The position numbers were made by a program, and so were the translations under genes. A stretch of DNA of 64,000 nt from Moniliella sp. 'wahieum' (lineage: Eukaryota), in the NCBI GenBank assembly GCA_003971905.1, contig RSEE01000024.1, positions 496,001 to 560,000 of the forward strand, in the 5' to 3' direction. Position 1 is the first letter of the stretch. Every line of letters starts with the position of its first letter. The notes beneath the pieces are model-generated. The model was not told the origin of the DNA. It saw only the letters and a program-made list of their open reading frames with translations, and made no database searches. Shown one piece after another: positions 39,109-52,222 of the stretch.

Positions 39109-41979
39109 ATGTCGTGGAAGAAGGACGACGAGCTGGGCGTTGCGCCCGCTGCGTTCTGGCAGGACAAGGCCTCTGTCTTGCAGGAGGCCCGCGTCTTCAA
39201 TGAAAGCCCCATCAGCCCCCGCCGCTGCCGCATCCTGCTCACCAAGGTCCTCTACTCCTCTATACTGGCGAGTCCTTCAGCCGGCAGGAAGCCACCACGC
39301 TCTTTTTTGGCGCCACCAAACTGTTCCAGCACAAGGATCCTGCTCTGCGCCAGATGGTGTACCTCGATATCAAAGAGCTCGGTCCCTTGGCGGAAGATGA
39401 TCATGGTCACTGCTAGCATCATGAAGGACATGCAGCCCAACACAGCTGTCATTTACCGCCCAACGCCATCCGCGCCCTGGCCCGCGTTGTTGACCCTTCT
39501 AGGCCCAGGGTTTGGAGCGTTACTTTAAGACAGCGCTTGTCGACCGCAACAGTAGCATCGCCAGTGCTGCCGTCGTCAGCGCGTACCTCTCTTCCCGGCT
39601 GCTCGGGACGTGGTTCGCCGTTGGGCCAACGAGGTGCAGGAGGCGATTTACCCCAAGGCCCCACCCCCCTCCTCATCGTATGGCAGCACCCCGAACCGGA
39701 GTGGTAGCTCGGCTTCGCGCTTCTTCGGCTTTGCCGCCAGCGCAGCAGGCTACTCTATTAATTCTAGCCGTGATCCTCGGCCGAGGAGCAGTACGTGCGT
39801 CGACCAGCTTCATCATCCAATACCACGTCTTGGGCTTGCTTTACCTTATTCGCCAAGGTGACCGGATTGCCGTAACCAAGCTGGTCCAGCAGTACTCTGG
39901 AGCTCAGAGCCTGTGGTGCTGCGCAACCCTCTGGCCGTCTGCCAGCTTGTGCGCCTTGCTGCCAAGATTGCGGAGGAAGATCCGGATCGGCGTCGACAGA
40001 TGCTGGACTTGCTCGAGGCATGGTTGCGGCACACGAGCGATATGGTCAATTATGAAGCAGCTAAAGCGATTGCGAATTGCGTGGCGTGAATGAGGTGGAA
40101 CTCACCAAACCTGTTTCAGTGCCGGGTCTTCCTCAGCAGTCCTCGGGGACCACTTAAGTTTGCTGCCATCCGCACGTTGTCAACTTGGCCCAGACACACC
40201 ACAGTCTGTCAAGGCGTGCACGTTGAGATGGAGAACCTGATTACCGACTCGAACCGTAGCGTAGACTTTTGCCATCACCACGCTCCTCAAGACGGGCAAT
40301 GAGGCAAGTGTGGACCGCCTGATGAAGCAAATTTCCCCTTATGACGGAGATTAGCGACGAGTTTAAGGTGGTGGTACTCGATGCGATTCGGTCATTGTGC
40401 CTCAAGTTCCCTTCGAAGCAGTCTGTCATGCTCAACTTCCTCTCGGTTCTTCGTGACGAGGGAGGATATGAATTCAAACGCACGGTTGTGGATGCGATTA
40501 TTGACATGATCCGATTTGTCGGTGACTGCAAGGACGTCGCCCTGGCTCACCTGTGTGAATTTATCGAAGATTGCGAGTTCACCAAGCTTTCTGTCCGATT
40601 CTCCACTTGCTTGGCCAGGAGGGCCCCTTCATGCCCGAGCCCGCCAAGCATTCGTACATCTACAACCGCGTCATTCTTGAGAATGCATTGTCCGGGCAGC
40701 GGCGGTCAACCTGGCTAAATTGGTCTTCATGTTCCCAAGCTACGCTCTCGCATCTCTGTTCTCCTCGAGCGCTGTACCGATGACGTGGACGATGAGGTGC
40801 GAGACCGCGCTGTGATCCAGCTGGCGCTCCTTCGTCAGCCTCCGTTGGGGCCCAAGCTACTCGGCCCTGACACCAAGTCCACCTTCCGCCTGGCAGCATT
40901 GGAAGAACAATTGACGGGATACTTGGCTGATCCGACGGTCCAGGGGCAACCTTTTGACGCCACTTCCGTCCCTCGCATCACACGAGGAGGCGACCCAGGC
41001 CGCGTTGCGTGCTAAGAACGATGCAATCGCTTCGGTAGCAATGGGCTCGGACGCCACGGGCGCAGCAGGGATTCGGGCAGGTGGCCCATCGACCTCAGCT
41101 GCTGGCGCTGCCGCCATGGGTGCGCCGGCTGCGCCTGCTCTCTCGTCTCTCTGCAGCGGCGGGGGGTCTGCGTATGCTCTGCAACTGTCTGCTGTACCGG
41201 CTTTGGCCGAACTGGGTCCTGTGCTGCACTCGTCTCGACAGCCTGTGCTGCTGACGGAGAGCGAGACGGAGTACACAGTCGCTGCTGTCAAGCATGTGTT
41301 TGCATCTCACGTGGCGGTGCAGTACAATGTGACCAACACGCTGTCCGACACGGTGCTGGAAGACGTGCACGTCGCTGTCGAAGGCGCATTTGCTGAGGCT
41401 GGAGTGGAGCTCGAGTCGATTATTCCTGCCCCGCATGCTTTGACTGTGGCGGAGCCGTCCGCATCGACCTATGTCATCTTTAAGCGGGGGGGCTTCCCCC
41501 TGTTCTCATTGGAAAATACGCTCAAGTTCACTTCCAAGGAGGTTGATCCTAGCTCGGGCGAGCCCGAGGACGATGGGTATGCAGACGAATACCAGACTCT
41601 CGCACTGGAGGTTGATGCGGCGGATTATATCGACCCCGCCTATGCGGACTTTGCCTCGGAATGGCCCGTGCTTGTGCAGGCGACGGCCAAGGAAACATTT
41701 GCCTTGACAGCGATGCAGACACTGCAAGAAGCGTGCGACCAGCTGGTCGAGTTGTATGGGATGCAACCTCTCGAAGGCACCGAGACGGTGGGAGAAGCTA
41801 CGGTGCACACATTGCTCCTTGCTGGTATGGTGGTCGCGGCATCAGAAGAGGGCAAGCCGGCGAAGGTCCTGGTTCGCTTCCGTATGACCCTCGATGGCGC
41901 CGAGGGTGTCATGCTCGAACTCTCGGCCCATTCAACATCCGAACAAGCCGTACAACTTGTCACTGCCGTCTTTGCGTAG
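39109..41979 (+). CDS. SEC21: Coatomer subunit gamma; many frameshifts in the 5' two-thirds
   Basis: DKASVLQEARVFNESPISPRRCRILLTK, SIMKDMQ, EISDEFKVVVLDAIRSLCLKFP, LAHLCEFIEDCEFTKLSVR, LTESETEYTVAAVKH. Confidence 0.95.
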
Positions 41980-43141
41980 GCGCGCAGTCGACGCATTTTG
42001 CTCTTATTCAAAACTTAGTCTGTCCCGCGCCCCTCCCTTGGTCTCCAATGGTGCCACTAGTAGTGCGGGTAGTGACAGTCAACTGAGCGCCGCAGCACTC
42101 GGACTGCATCTGTTGACACATCCTGCTGCAGACCTGCTGTATAACGACCAGAGCTGTGAAAGGGCAACAACAGTTTAGACCAGAATGAGACGGCAGAGCT
42201 GTAGAGCGAGTCTTGTTGACTGTGGCATCACCACTTTCCGTTGCTTCGTCCTCTTGCTCTCGACTAGTAGGAATCCTCTTGCTTCGAACTCCAGTCTTCC
42301 TAATCCCCGACTCGTTTGAATCCCTCCTCGACTCTCCCAGAGTCCCACCCTTCCAGCAACAGAGGTTCTATCGAACTTGTCTCTTGCCTCTGTGGCCATC
42401 CCACTAACCCAACCTTCGAGGCCCACAGACAACACGCACGCTCCGTTTGTGCGGACACAGGCACATGCGCGCAACTTTGCCCTTGGCGCCGTCGTTCCCA
42501 GCTCGATTGGACGTCCCTTGGCCATCAGCACTGCCATGCATTCGTATTCAGGCCCTTTCGAGCGACAGAGTGATTCTCGTGCTTCTGGTCAAAGTAGCGC
42601 GGACGAGGCCGATGTGGCCCATCAATGGCTCGATGGGTGGGCAGTGTCGGTGCCGATGAGAGGATGGTGTAGTTGGGCAATGGTAATGAAGGGACAAGAA
42701 AAGCGGCGGCGTGGCATATTCTAACCGAAGGTGCTCAACTAGTGGCGCCCCCCGTCCGTTCCGCTGCACTTTCACGTGGGAGCGGTGCGGCCGCGGCTGG
42801 GTGGCTGGGACACGTCCCAACAATTTGTGCATTTTAATGATGTCTTGCGGAATCGGGGCAGGATCCACGGCCAGCCACCAGTAGGGTTGTCCGCAGGGGG
42901 GCAGTGTCGGCTCCTCCCCAGGGATGGCGCCACAGTTGGATGCGTTGCCTTCCCCAACCATCCGACTGGGGCGCTGGCACACACAGAGCAGCCATCGACT
43001 CGGCAAGCGGCGAGCGTGACCAGCGTGACTAGTGACTAGTGACTGGGCTCGCCAAAGCACAGCGTTGGTCAGCTGGCGCTGCTGTCTGCACGCGTGCCAC
43101 CATCCCTTGGACGCCTTGCCCCGCCCCCACTCTTCCCCTCC

Positions 43142-45560
43142 ATGCAGCGCAAGTCCCCGCCTGCCATGCCATCTCCGCCGCCCGACGAGCCGGCTGGCCG
43201 CGCCACCGCCGATCGCGAAGCGAAGCTCATGAAGAGCTTCAACGTCGACGGCTGTGTGTCCGCCCCAGCACCTGGCATGGAAGAGCTCAACATTTTCGCT
43301 GCGTACAAGGCACGCTTCCGCGAGGATCCTCTTGCTTTCCTCCACATGGTCTGGGCATATGGCGTGGGCGTTGACTGGCGCAGCTACAAGGACTACATTG
43401 GCGCCCCCATCCTGTACCCCTCTGCCACCGTCGAGGCGATCCACAGCCTGGTCACGAGCGAGGCTGTGCAATTGCGTATCAATCAGCTTGCCACGGCTCG
43501 GATCGATGCTCTGCTCCCCGACGACGCCGCGCCCAAAACCAACAAGGAGCGCAAGGCCTACATTGTGTTCAAGCAGAGAAAACGCGCTGACATGGTCCGC
43601 CAGCTGTCCGACACGACCCGCAGCATCGCAGAGAAGATGGCTGCACGGCTTGACAGCCCCCCCGTGCTCAAGATTTTTGCGGCTACGGTCAACCCTCCTT
43701 GGCCGCCTCTACCACCAGGGCATTCACATCAATGTTCCCGAGATCATTGCCCTGCGGCAAACCGCGTTAAAGGCGGCTGAGAAGAAACAGAGCATCGTCT
43801 TCCTCCCCTGCCACAAGAGCCACATTGACTACCTCACCGTAAGCTGGATCATGTTCCGCATTGGCATTGCTGTCCCACACATTGTGGCCGGGGACAACCT
43901 AGACATGCCGCTTGTAGGAGACTTCCTCCGCAAAGGGGGGGCAATGTTCATTCGCCGCTCCTTTAAAGGCGACGAACTCTACCCGATCGTCATTCGCGAA
44001 TACATTGAGCAGATTATCGCAACGGGCAAGAACCTGGAATGCTTCATCGAAGGCACCCGCTCCCGCACGGGCAAGCTTCTTCCCCCAAGTTCGGCATCCT
44101 GAGCTACATTGTCGATGGCTTCCTTGCCGGTCGCACGTCCGACGTGTGGATCTGCCCCGTCTCGCTCCAGTACGACAGCGTGATCGAGAGTGAAACGTAT
44201 GTGTCGGAGCTTCTTGGCAAACCCAAAGAATCAGAGTCGCTCATGGGGCTACTGAGCGGCTCAAGCGACATTCTCCAGCTCAAAATGGGACGGATCGATA
44301 TTCGTTTCCAGCAACCTTGGTCTCTCAATGAGTTTATTCAATCGGAGAAGGCCCGCCGCACAGCTGCCCATGGGGTGGAATTCCAACCCCGCAACCCCAA
44401 AGACAACCATGTCCTGCTCAAGAGCCTGAGCTACCGCGTGTTGGGCGACATTAACCGTGTGAGTGTCGTCATGCCCGCCGCCTTGGTGGGGACAGTGATT
44501 CTCACTCTGCGCGGACGAGGAGTGGGCAAACGGGAGCTCATTCGCCGGGTAGAAAGGCTACGCGCACGTATTCTCCAGAAGGGGTACCGTGTCGCCGACT
44601 TTGGCACCATGTCCACCTCAGAGGTGGTGGACCGTGCTCTGGGACTGATGAAGGGCTTGATTGTGGTGCACAATGATTTGCTCGAACCCACCTTTGAACC
44701 CGTCAAACGCTTTGATCTTTCCCTCTACCGCAACCAAACGATCCATTGTTTCGTTTCCGAGGTGCTCTTGGCTGCTACACTATACGACCATCAAGCAAGG
44801 CCCTTACCAAGGCTCTGGGATGATGGCCCGAAACGAATTTGTGGCTGAGGTGTCCTTCCTCTCGTGGATTTTCAAGAATGAGTTCATTTTCCCTCCTGGT
44901 CAGATCGAGGACACGGTGAAGCAGGGGATCCAGGAAATGGAAGCCGAAGGTGTCTTTACCGTCGCCGAGGACGGGGCAATCGGCCTCAGGGCTGAGGAGA
45001 TTGCAAGCGGACGGGAAACGTTTGATGCCTACCTCTTCATGATCTGGCCTTTCATTGAAGGCTACTGGCTTGCGGCATGCGCCTTACTCTGCCTGATGCC
45101 TTCGTCGGATCAAAGTGGAATGGGGGAGCACATCGTCTGGGTCAGTGCCAAAGAGTTTGAGAAGCGGGCACAATTGTTTGGTAAGACGTTGTACCACCAA
45201 GGTGAGCTGTCTTACCTCGAGGCCAACTCGATCGCTGTCTTGCAGCAAGCTATGGGGCGGTACCAAGAGATGGGCATGCTTATCCGCCGCTCATCCAGGG
45301 CAGTCAAGCCTGTCCCTATCATTGGTTGCACCCGGATTGGAAACCGGAGTGGGAAGAGGTGGAGGGAGAACGGCGTCCACGTCCATCGGGGCGATTGTGG
45401 GATTACCTTGCCCGCCTCGGCACGTTCCGTCGCGAAGGAAAAGACCGCAGGGAGGCGTTTATGGGTCAGCGAATCTTGCAAAGCGCCTCGGACAACAGGG
45501 CCTGTCATCGAACGCACCCCGTGGCCTGAACGCCCTGCCGAAGCGCTAGCTCACCTCTGA
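43142..45560 (+). CDS. Glycerol-3-phosphate/dihydroxyacetone-phosphate acyltransferase (GPAT/DHAPAT family); frameshifts; start may be 43166
   Basis: FLPCHKSHIDY (HxxxxD), GAMFIRRSF, FIEGTRSRTGKLLPP, PVSLQYDSVIE. Confidence 0.9.
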
Positions 45561-46418
45561 CAGGCCGGTTTGGACCTTGATACCCCCCTGTGCCAAATTT
45601 TGGCCATACAACGCTTCTTGTCAGCCGAGTCAACGCCAACAGACTCTCTTGAGCCTGAGGCCTTGTTGTTTGGCCGTTTGCACGACCAAGCCCCAATGCG
45701 CTTGACTTTGTACCGAACCACGTTGGCAGGCCCATTCCCTTTTCATTGATTCTCGTTTTTACTCAGAATGCGACTTCCCCAACTCCATACGTGTCGGGGG
45801 CCTGAATGCACTGTTTTCCCGCAGGGGACTTGCCAGAACATATCCTTCCGCCTGTTGGGCATTTGGCTATACTATCGATAGTAACGAACGGGTAAACGGA
45901 ATAGGGTGGCAGGGGTCAGTATACTTGAGATATGAATGAGACAGCTGGTCGGTGTACAGAACGACTCAAGGTGTGGTGGACTTCTGTCCTTACTATATCA
46001 GAGGATCTCACAGGACCCGCAACTACTTAGTCACTCGGGAATATTACTCGTCTTGCCCGGAGCCACAAAGCCTTGCCGGCGGGGCCAAGCCCTCCTCTCT
46101 CTTCATAAGCTGATTCTCATTGTGCCTGCCTGGGCGATTGCCGTCAACACGTGATTCAAGGACTGATTTCTCAACGGGGTATTAAGACAGTGCGTACTAC
46201 TAACCTCCTCCAACCCCTTGTTCCTGAGCTGCATCCCTCGCGGTCAGCATATGCGTTGCAGCAAAAGAAGTCTGGTATAGGGTCATGCAGTGGGCGGACG
46301 CCAGCCCAGTGGCCTGCCCCGGGGGGTTACTAGGTACAATCCCTTGGAGGTGGGAAGGGGATCGATCTGAGAAAAGGTGGAGAGCAGGGGCAACGAACGA
46401 TGTGGTAGCCCTAATGTT

Positions 46419-49400
46419 GTGCATTCCATTGACAGAGCTTAAGGCTGGGACAGGGGGAACGCTACGTCTAAACCGAACCGTTCATCTTGCGGGGGTTACT
46501 TGGAAGCGCCACCAAGATTAAGGACCAGGGGGATCGCCAGGATATCAGGACCCTCCGGCTCACGCCATCCTCCCGTACCCTAGGAAGCGCGTGTGGACAC
46601 GGAGGAACGTGGTTGACATACGAGCGAGGAACCATTTCCACTGAGACTTAGTAGCCAACTCCTTCCAATGGCAAACAACTTGCCCGCCGTCTTGGTGCCG
46701 TAGTATCCTCGCGTCGTCAAAAACCAGGGGGAAAAACGGTTCTTGAGTGCGTCCCTGGTACTTGGCGTTCTTGTCGCATTCTGCTTGTTCAAGCAGCCGA
46801 AGCAGTTCCTTCTCCCGGCGTTTCCAAAGGCGACGCAGTGCTCTCATGCACCACCCGCCGGTACGCGCTCTGCGCCTCCTGCGATCCCGTGTCGCGCAGC
46901 GTGGGTCTACCTCCATTCCGGTTCCTCCCAGTGCTCCGGGCCCCATCACGCGGTAATCGGTGCGCGTGCCTTCCGTCCGCGCCTCGTCCCATCCTCTTCC
47001 TCCACCATAGGTTCGTTGTGGACGTGGGTGTCGGGGATGGAGCGGAGGAGCTGGAGAATGGGCTCCCGCACTGCCTCATGCAACGCACCAAACTTGGCCT
47101 GGGTGCGGGTGCAGGACATGATGTGTTCCAGCGAGGACATGACGCCGCACTTGCACATGCTGCGCGTGGTGCGGCACAGCGTGCGGAGCTGGAGACCAAC
47201 CTGGACCTGCTGGTCAGAGAGCTTGAGGTACGGGACGGATGGAATAGCGGAGAGCCAGTTGTGGCTCAGCGGGTTGCTGTGCTCAACCACATGACGACCA
47301 TCGGCAGCGTCCAGCTTCTGGAGCAGCTCCTGTCGACTTTGCTCCCACATCTCGCGGCAGCGCTGGCGTTGCTTCGTAAATGCGTTGGCCCTTGCCGTTT
47401 GCGGTCCCGAACGGTCAACATAAGTGGTAATAAGATAGTCGTTGACCTCGTTGGCCGCGGCACGGGCGTGGGGCGCAATATACGAGTAAAGCGGGCTGCC
47501 ACATCCTCCCAGCCGAAGAGGCAGGCTCATGAGCATGTCGAAGTGGTCGTCCTTGGCACCTTGGGGATCCTCGTCGCCCGGATCCGTCTGAACTCCGTAC
47601 AGATGAAGCATCAATCTCGGCCAGCACGTCGTCTAGCTCTCCTTCCATCTGCATGGTGCGGAGCAGGTGGCGCAGCTTGGTCTGAGTGCTGAGCCGCCAT
47701 AGTAAGAGGCGTCCCTGGCGGGTGATGCCATCAAACTTAGGCATGTTCTCCCTCAGACTGGCCAGTTGGGCCCGGAGCCACGATCGACGACAGTCTACCC
47801 CTCCCACACAAGTGCCCAGAACCTGCAGACCATCCACCCGAATCTGGTCCCGGTCCCGCTCGACACACTTGCGCAGGTTGAGCTTGAGGCCTGACGCGTC
47901 GTCTTCCAAAATCTCCGCGGCTAGGCCGGTAATGCCTGGCCCTGGACCGAAGATCGTAATGTCGTCCAGGTATGCCATCACCAGGTGCCCCGGCGGCAGG
48001 TCCTGTTCCAGTTTCTCCAGCGTGGGCCGCACTGCGATGGAGAAGAAAAAGGGGGCGGGGGTCGCCCTGCCGTACGCCCTCTGCCGACAGGACGTTGGTC
48101 TCATTTCCGCCCGACGCGACCCAGAGCTGGGTGGGGGAACCATAGATCCATCGGCCCAACGTGAGGAGATGGGGGGCGTAGGCATGGAGCGCCTTGGCGA
48201 GTGTGCGACGGCGCACAGTGTTGAAGGCGTTGGTAAAGTCGAGCATGGCGACGTGGCTGAAGTCGCCCAGTTCCGCATTTCTCCCCGCCTGGCGCTGTCA
48301 TGCGCTCGACCATCCGTACGATAGGCTCCACCCCGTTTTGCGATGCTACTCCCAACTGGGTGGGGAGAAGCCAGCTGTTGGGGGCGATCGCTCGAGCGAT
48401 GGCCTTGGCGCACAGGCGGTAGATCAGCTCCCCACAGGCGATGGGGCGGATGCCTCCCGATGCCTTCTCCAGGGGGGTGAGGCGGGAGGCCAACAGGAGC
48501 TCGCGTCCTGGGGCGGTGCCGTGGTAAATACTCTTGGTGAGGGCGGTGAGAAAGGCGACGAAGCGCTTGCATTCAAGGGCCGTTCGTAGGAGGGGCTGGG
48601 TCCACCCGGATAGACCTGCCCCAACGTCGATTCTGAACGTGGCAATCAAGGCAACAAAGTCGATTTCGTCCAAGTCCACCACGATACGGCCACTGTCCGT
48701 CGTGTCGGTGGGTGGTGCCCGGCGGTACCACGCGGCCTGTGTGGGTGGGACGAGTGCGGGTGGTGGTGTTGCCAAAGGCTGTGCCCGGGCCGAGGCTGAA
48801 GGGGTTCGCCTCTCCAACGGGGTGGAGCTTTTCCAGGCTTGCCTGGGTCTCGGGGGTGAGAGGGGCAATGGTGGATTGGCCGACGAGGGTACTTGCTGCG
48901 CGGCTGAGGCAGCCCTCCCGAATGAGGCGGTCGGCCTTGGTGACTGGGTCGAGTGCCTCGCGCGTTGAGAAGTCGGGGGCGGAGGGAGTTGCCAGGCGCT
49001 GTTGGGGTACGTCCCGATGAGGTTATTGTCCTTGTTGTGGTGGCGGAGTACTTCCTTAGGCACCGCTAGAATATCCATCAGGTGTGCCGACGAGGGCTCC
49101 TGCAAGTAAGCGTCCGCCAAACGGCCGAGCATCTGAAGGAAAGGGCGCTTCAGGTGTGGCGGTATCTTGCGTGTGCCTGGGCGCTCGGCCAGGGCGGTCA
49201 AACGGGGAAGGAGGTCGGCCCCCGTGTCGGTCGAGGGGTTGCGCGGTCGTCTGGTGGCGGTGGTGGTGGGGGCGGCGGCGGCGGCGGGGGGGGCGGTGTG
49301 CGGGGGGCGCGGGGGGGTTGAGGGGTCGGGGTGGCGGCGGCGGGGGGCTGTCTGCGCGGGGGCGCGGCGCGGGCGTGGGGTAGTGGGGGTGGGGTCTCGG

Positions 49401-49998
49401 CGCCGTAGCCATTGGTTGGCTGTTCGGAGCCCAGCCGGGGGCTGCGGCGCCGGGGGGTGGCGAGTTGGGGGTTGGGGAGGAGGGGCGTGCCTTGACCCGG
49501 TACTTCGGGCACCGGGTTCCTGGCTTCGGAGTTGCGGGGGCAGCGGGCCCTGTTGTGGCCAGGGTTCGTGCAAAGGGAGCAATGATACTCGCGCTTGGGG
49601 GTGAGTCGGTGGCGGGGGGGGCTGGGGTGGTGGGTACGGGGACGGGGGTGGTGGGGATGGGGGTGGGGGTGGCGGCGGGCGGGGCGGGCGTGTCACGTGC
49701 CAGGACCCCAGGTGGCAGCAAGCCGGCGCCGGTCACGTGGTCAGGCATCTGCTCAGGTTGAGTGAATGTCTCATCGACCGGCACTTGGTGCTCTGGGGCC
49801 AAAGGGGCGGCGTGGGGGAAAGGGGGGTGTGGGGGACGGGGCGGGAGCGGGGGGCGGGGCTCCCGGGGGGGGGCGTCTCGGGCGCCAGGACCTCCTCGGG
49901 GGATCCGCCATACGGGTGCGCAACACCATGGCGGTGCGGGGTGGTGGTCACCGGGTGTGCACCCGAAGGTGGTGGTCGCAAGGGGCGCTCCCAAATAA
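46419..49998 (-). mobile_element. Non-LTR retrotransposon, CRE-clade-like (RT + CCHC + restriction-like endonuclease), near full length
   Basis: [77 protein letters not shown]; 10-bp TSD CCCTAATGTT at 46409-46418 and 49999-50008. Confidence 0.9.
46560..49929 (-). CDS. Frameshifted single ORF of the non-LTR element (Pro-rich N-terminus, zinc knuckle, RT, RLE); start approximate
   Basis: motifs in the expected order across ORFs 48101-49696, 47737-48246, 47415-48572, 46946-47614 and 46560-46949. Confidence 0.85.
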
Positions 49999-50028
49999 CC
50001 CTAATGTTATAACTGCAAAAAAATGATT

Positions 50029-50100
50029 TGCCTCTTGGCCGAATCGAACGACCGATCTTCTCATTACTAGTGAGATGCTTTACCACTGAGCCAAAGAGGC
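50029..50100 (-). tRNA. tRNA-Thr(AGT), intronless
   Basis: GCCTCTT/AAGAGGC acceptor, TCTCA-CTAGTAA-TGAGA anticodon arm, GTTCGATTC, T7 terminator at 50023-50017. Confidence 0.95.
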
Positions 50101-51303
50101 GGTGTGGAAGTTCAGTTCCGCAATGAATAGATTACCACTCAATGCCAATCTCAAGTGTTTCCGTTTTGTCAGGCTCGGTAGTGGTTGGGATTGGACTGTT
50201 GCCTTTCGTACCACCACTAACGTTCGTTCAATGGTCCTGCCATGAGTGTCGATGCACAGGCCCCACGACCCACCTCTTACGGTCCGTGGGTCCCTCGGGT
50301 CAGGGAACTTGGCGAACACGGCACCGCAACCGCCAAAAACGGGCCAAGAGAAAGTGGGTCTTGCACCAGCACCATGCCCGTTTCTTAGAGGACCAGTAGG
50401 TGCGCCCCGTTGTTTGTTTGGGTTCGGCCATGATGCTGACTGGTGCCCACACCAATAGACATCTAGCGCGCGCTTCAACACACAGCTCAGCATCCCCGCC
50501 TCTTCCCTCCTCGAAGAAGAAACTGCCGGTCCACGTTGTTTGGGACGCCTGTGGCTGCCCTCAAGCAGAAACGGTCAAGTCGAAGTCGGTACGGCAACAG
50601 CCAACACTGGGCGAACCAAACCGACCTGTTCCGAGATCTAGGCCAAGGGATAGGACCAGGAGACGCCCTGTCCATCCTCCACTCGCACGCACATCCTCAT
50701 CCGAGCATGAGTGGGACAACCTCGACCCCGAGGCCAGGGCGATGTTGCAGTGCGGCTTGCCCTTATCCTTGTCTAAAAGGAGATGTAAAAGGAGATGTGA
50801 GGGGATTGGACTCCTCCGGCTGCAGGTTCGATGTTGAGTGTTGTTGAGTTCAACGCTGACATCATCTCGAGGGCCCATTGTGCTCGAATCTGTTAAACCG
50901 ATTCGAATGGAAACGGAAGGCAGGACGCGCTGTGTTTGGATAAGAATGCTATGTTGCCGTACTTGCCGGTGTCTCCCCCAATTCCGTCCTTTACTGGGAT
51001 TCGGCTTGCCCACCAGGGGACTCAATGTCACCTTTTCAAAGCACTGTGGAGGTACTGTGGCGTGGAGACGATAGCTTGCCGAGACAGACCCTCATCTGCG
51101 ACGCCAGTGGCTTTAAGCCACGGCCCCGCGCCCGCGCCTTAGTTCGTGTGCTGGTGTTCGCTTCTCCTTCTTGTCTTTTCTCCCCGACCAACACCGCCCG
51201 CATTGGCGACTTGGTTGAGCCCCCATGCTTTCAGCCACGAGAGGCCACCTAATCGCCGCAAGTTGGTCACGACGGGCAAAACAAACCTGAAGGCATAAAA
51301 AAA

Positions 51304-51387
51304 TTCCCCGACCGGGAGTCGAGCCCGGGTCTTGATGGTTCCCCTTGCGGTGAGAGCGTCACATCATAGCCGTTGGACCATCGAGGA
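51304..51387 (-). tRNA. tRNA-Glu(CTC) with 12-nt intron, non-canonical T-loop
   Basis: TCCTCGA/TCGGGGA acceptor, TGACG-CTCTCA[intron]C-CATCA, CCGGG-CTCGACT-CCCGG, T7 downstream. Confidence 0.75.
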
Positions 51388-52222
51388 TCAGATAACCACT
51401 GTGCCCTCATTCCAATAGCCATCATAGAGATGCTCGCAGATCAACAATTGCTCATGAGACGCAGAGCCCACCACCTTCGCCGCCTATAGGAATGTCAAGC
51501 ATGTTAACAAAGACGAGATGGGTTTGAATCCAAGCTTCACAGGAGAGAGTGCAGGGCACAGGGACAGTGACACGCTGGGACACCAGTGTCGAAGCCGGTG
51601 GAACCGAGGCGAACTTGGTCTAGCGACTGGGAGCCGGAGAATCACAGTCAACACCCCCGCTGGCCAGGGAACCCGGAGACATCGATTGTGGGATGAGCTC
51701 CTGCTAGTTGATGTAGAGAGGTGAGAACTTGAGTGGCACCCGGAACGAATGGCCTGGAGTTGTGCATGTCCACACTACTGACCTACACCTCTGGCGATTC
51801 CCCTGGTTGCCTAAACGGGATTGGCGCCAACAAGCAATTAACACACGCTGCATGAACGGGTCGGTTTAGGTGCGGCGTTTCTTTGTCCCAGCCTCGCCTC
51901 TGTCGACGACGATATGGTTACAATGTAAGGACTACTCAAGGGTCTATACACAACGTGCAACGGGAAATGGAGAGGAAGGGAGATGGATAATAGTGATGGG
52001 AATAAGATAGGATGGCCTATCTGCATCAACAGTACAAATGTGCGGGAACAAAAAGCAGATCAACGCAATAGCCAAAGTCGATCGCTTCCATAGGTCAAAG
52101 CAGGATACTTAGTCAAGGCAAGGGGGTAGGGGTGACCAACGGGAGTTGCGAACGAAAAGATGAGGTGAAGTTCGACGGGGAACCAAACTGGAGAGGGAGA
52201 TGTAGGAAACGCAAAGAGATTT

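Noticed and set aside
49900..49998. Self-cleaving ribozyme at the 5' end of the non-LTR element
   Set aside because: I could not build an HDV double pseudoknot or a hammerhead core by eye.
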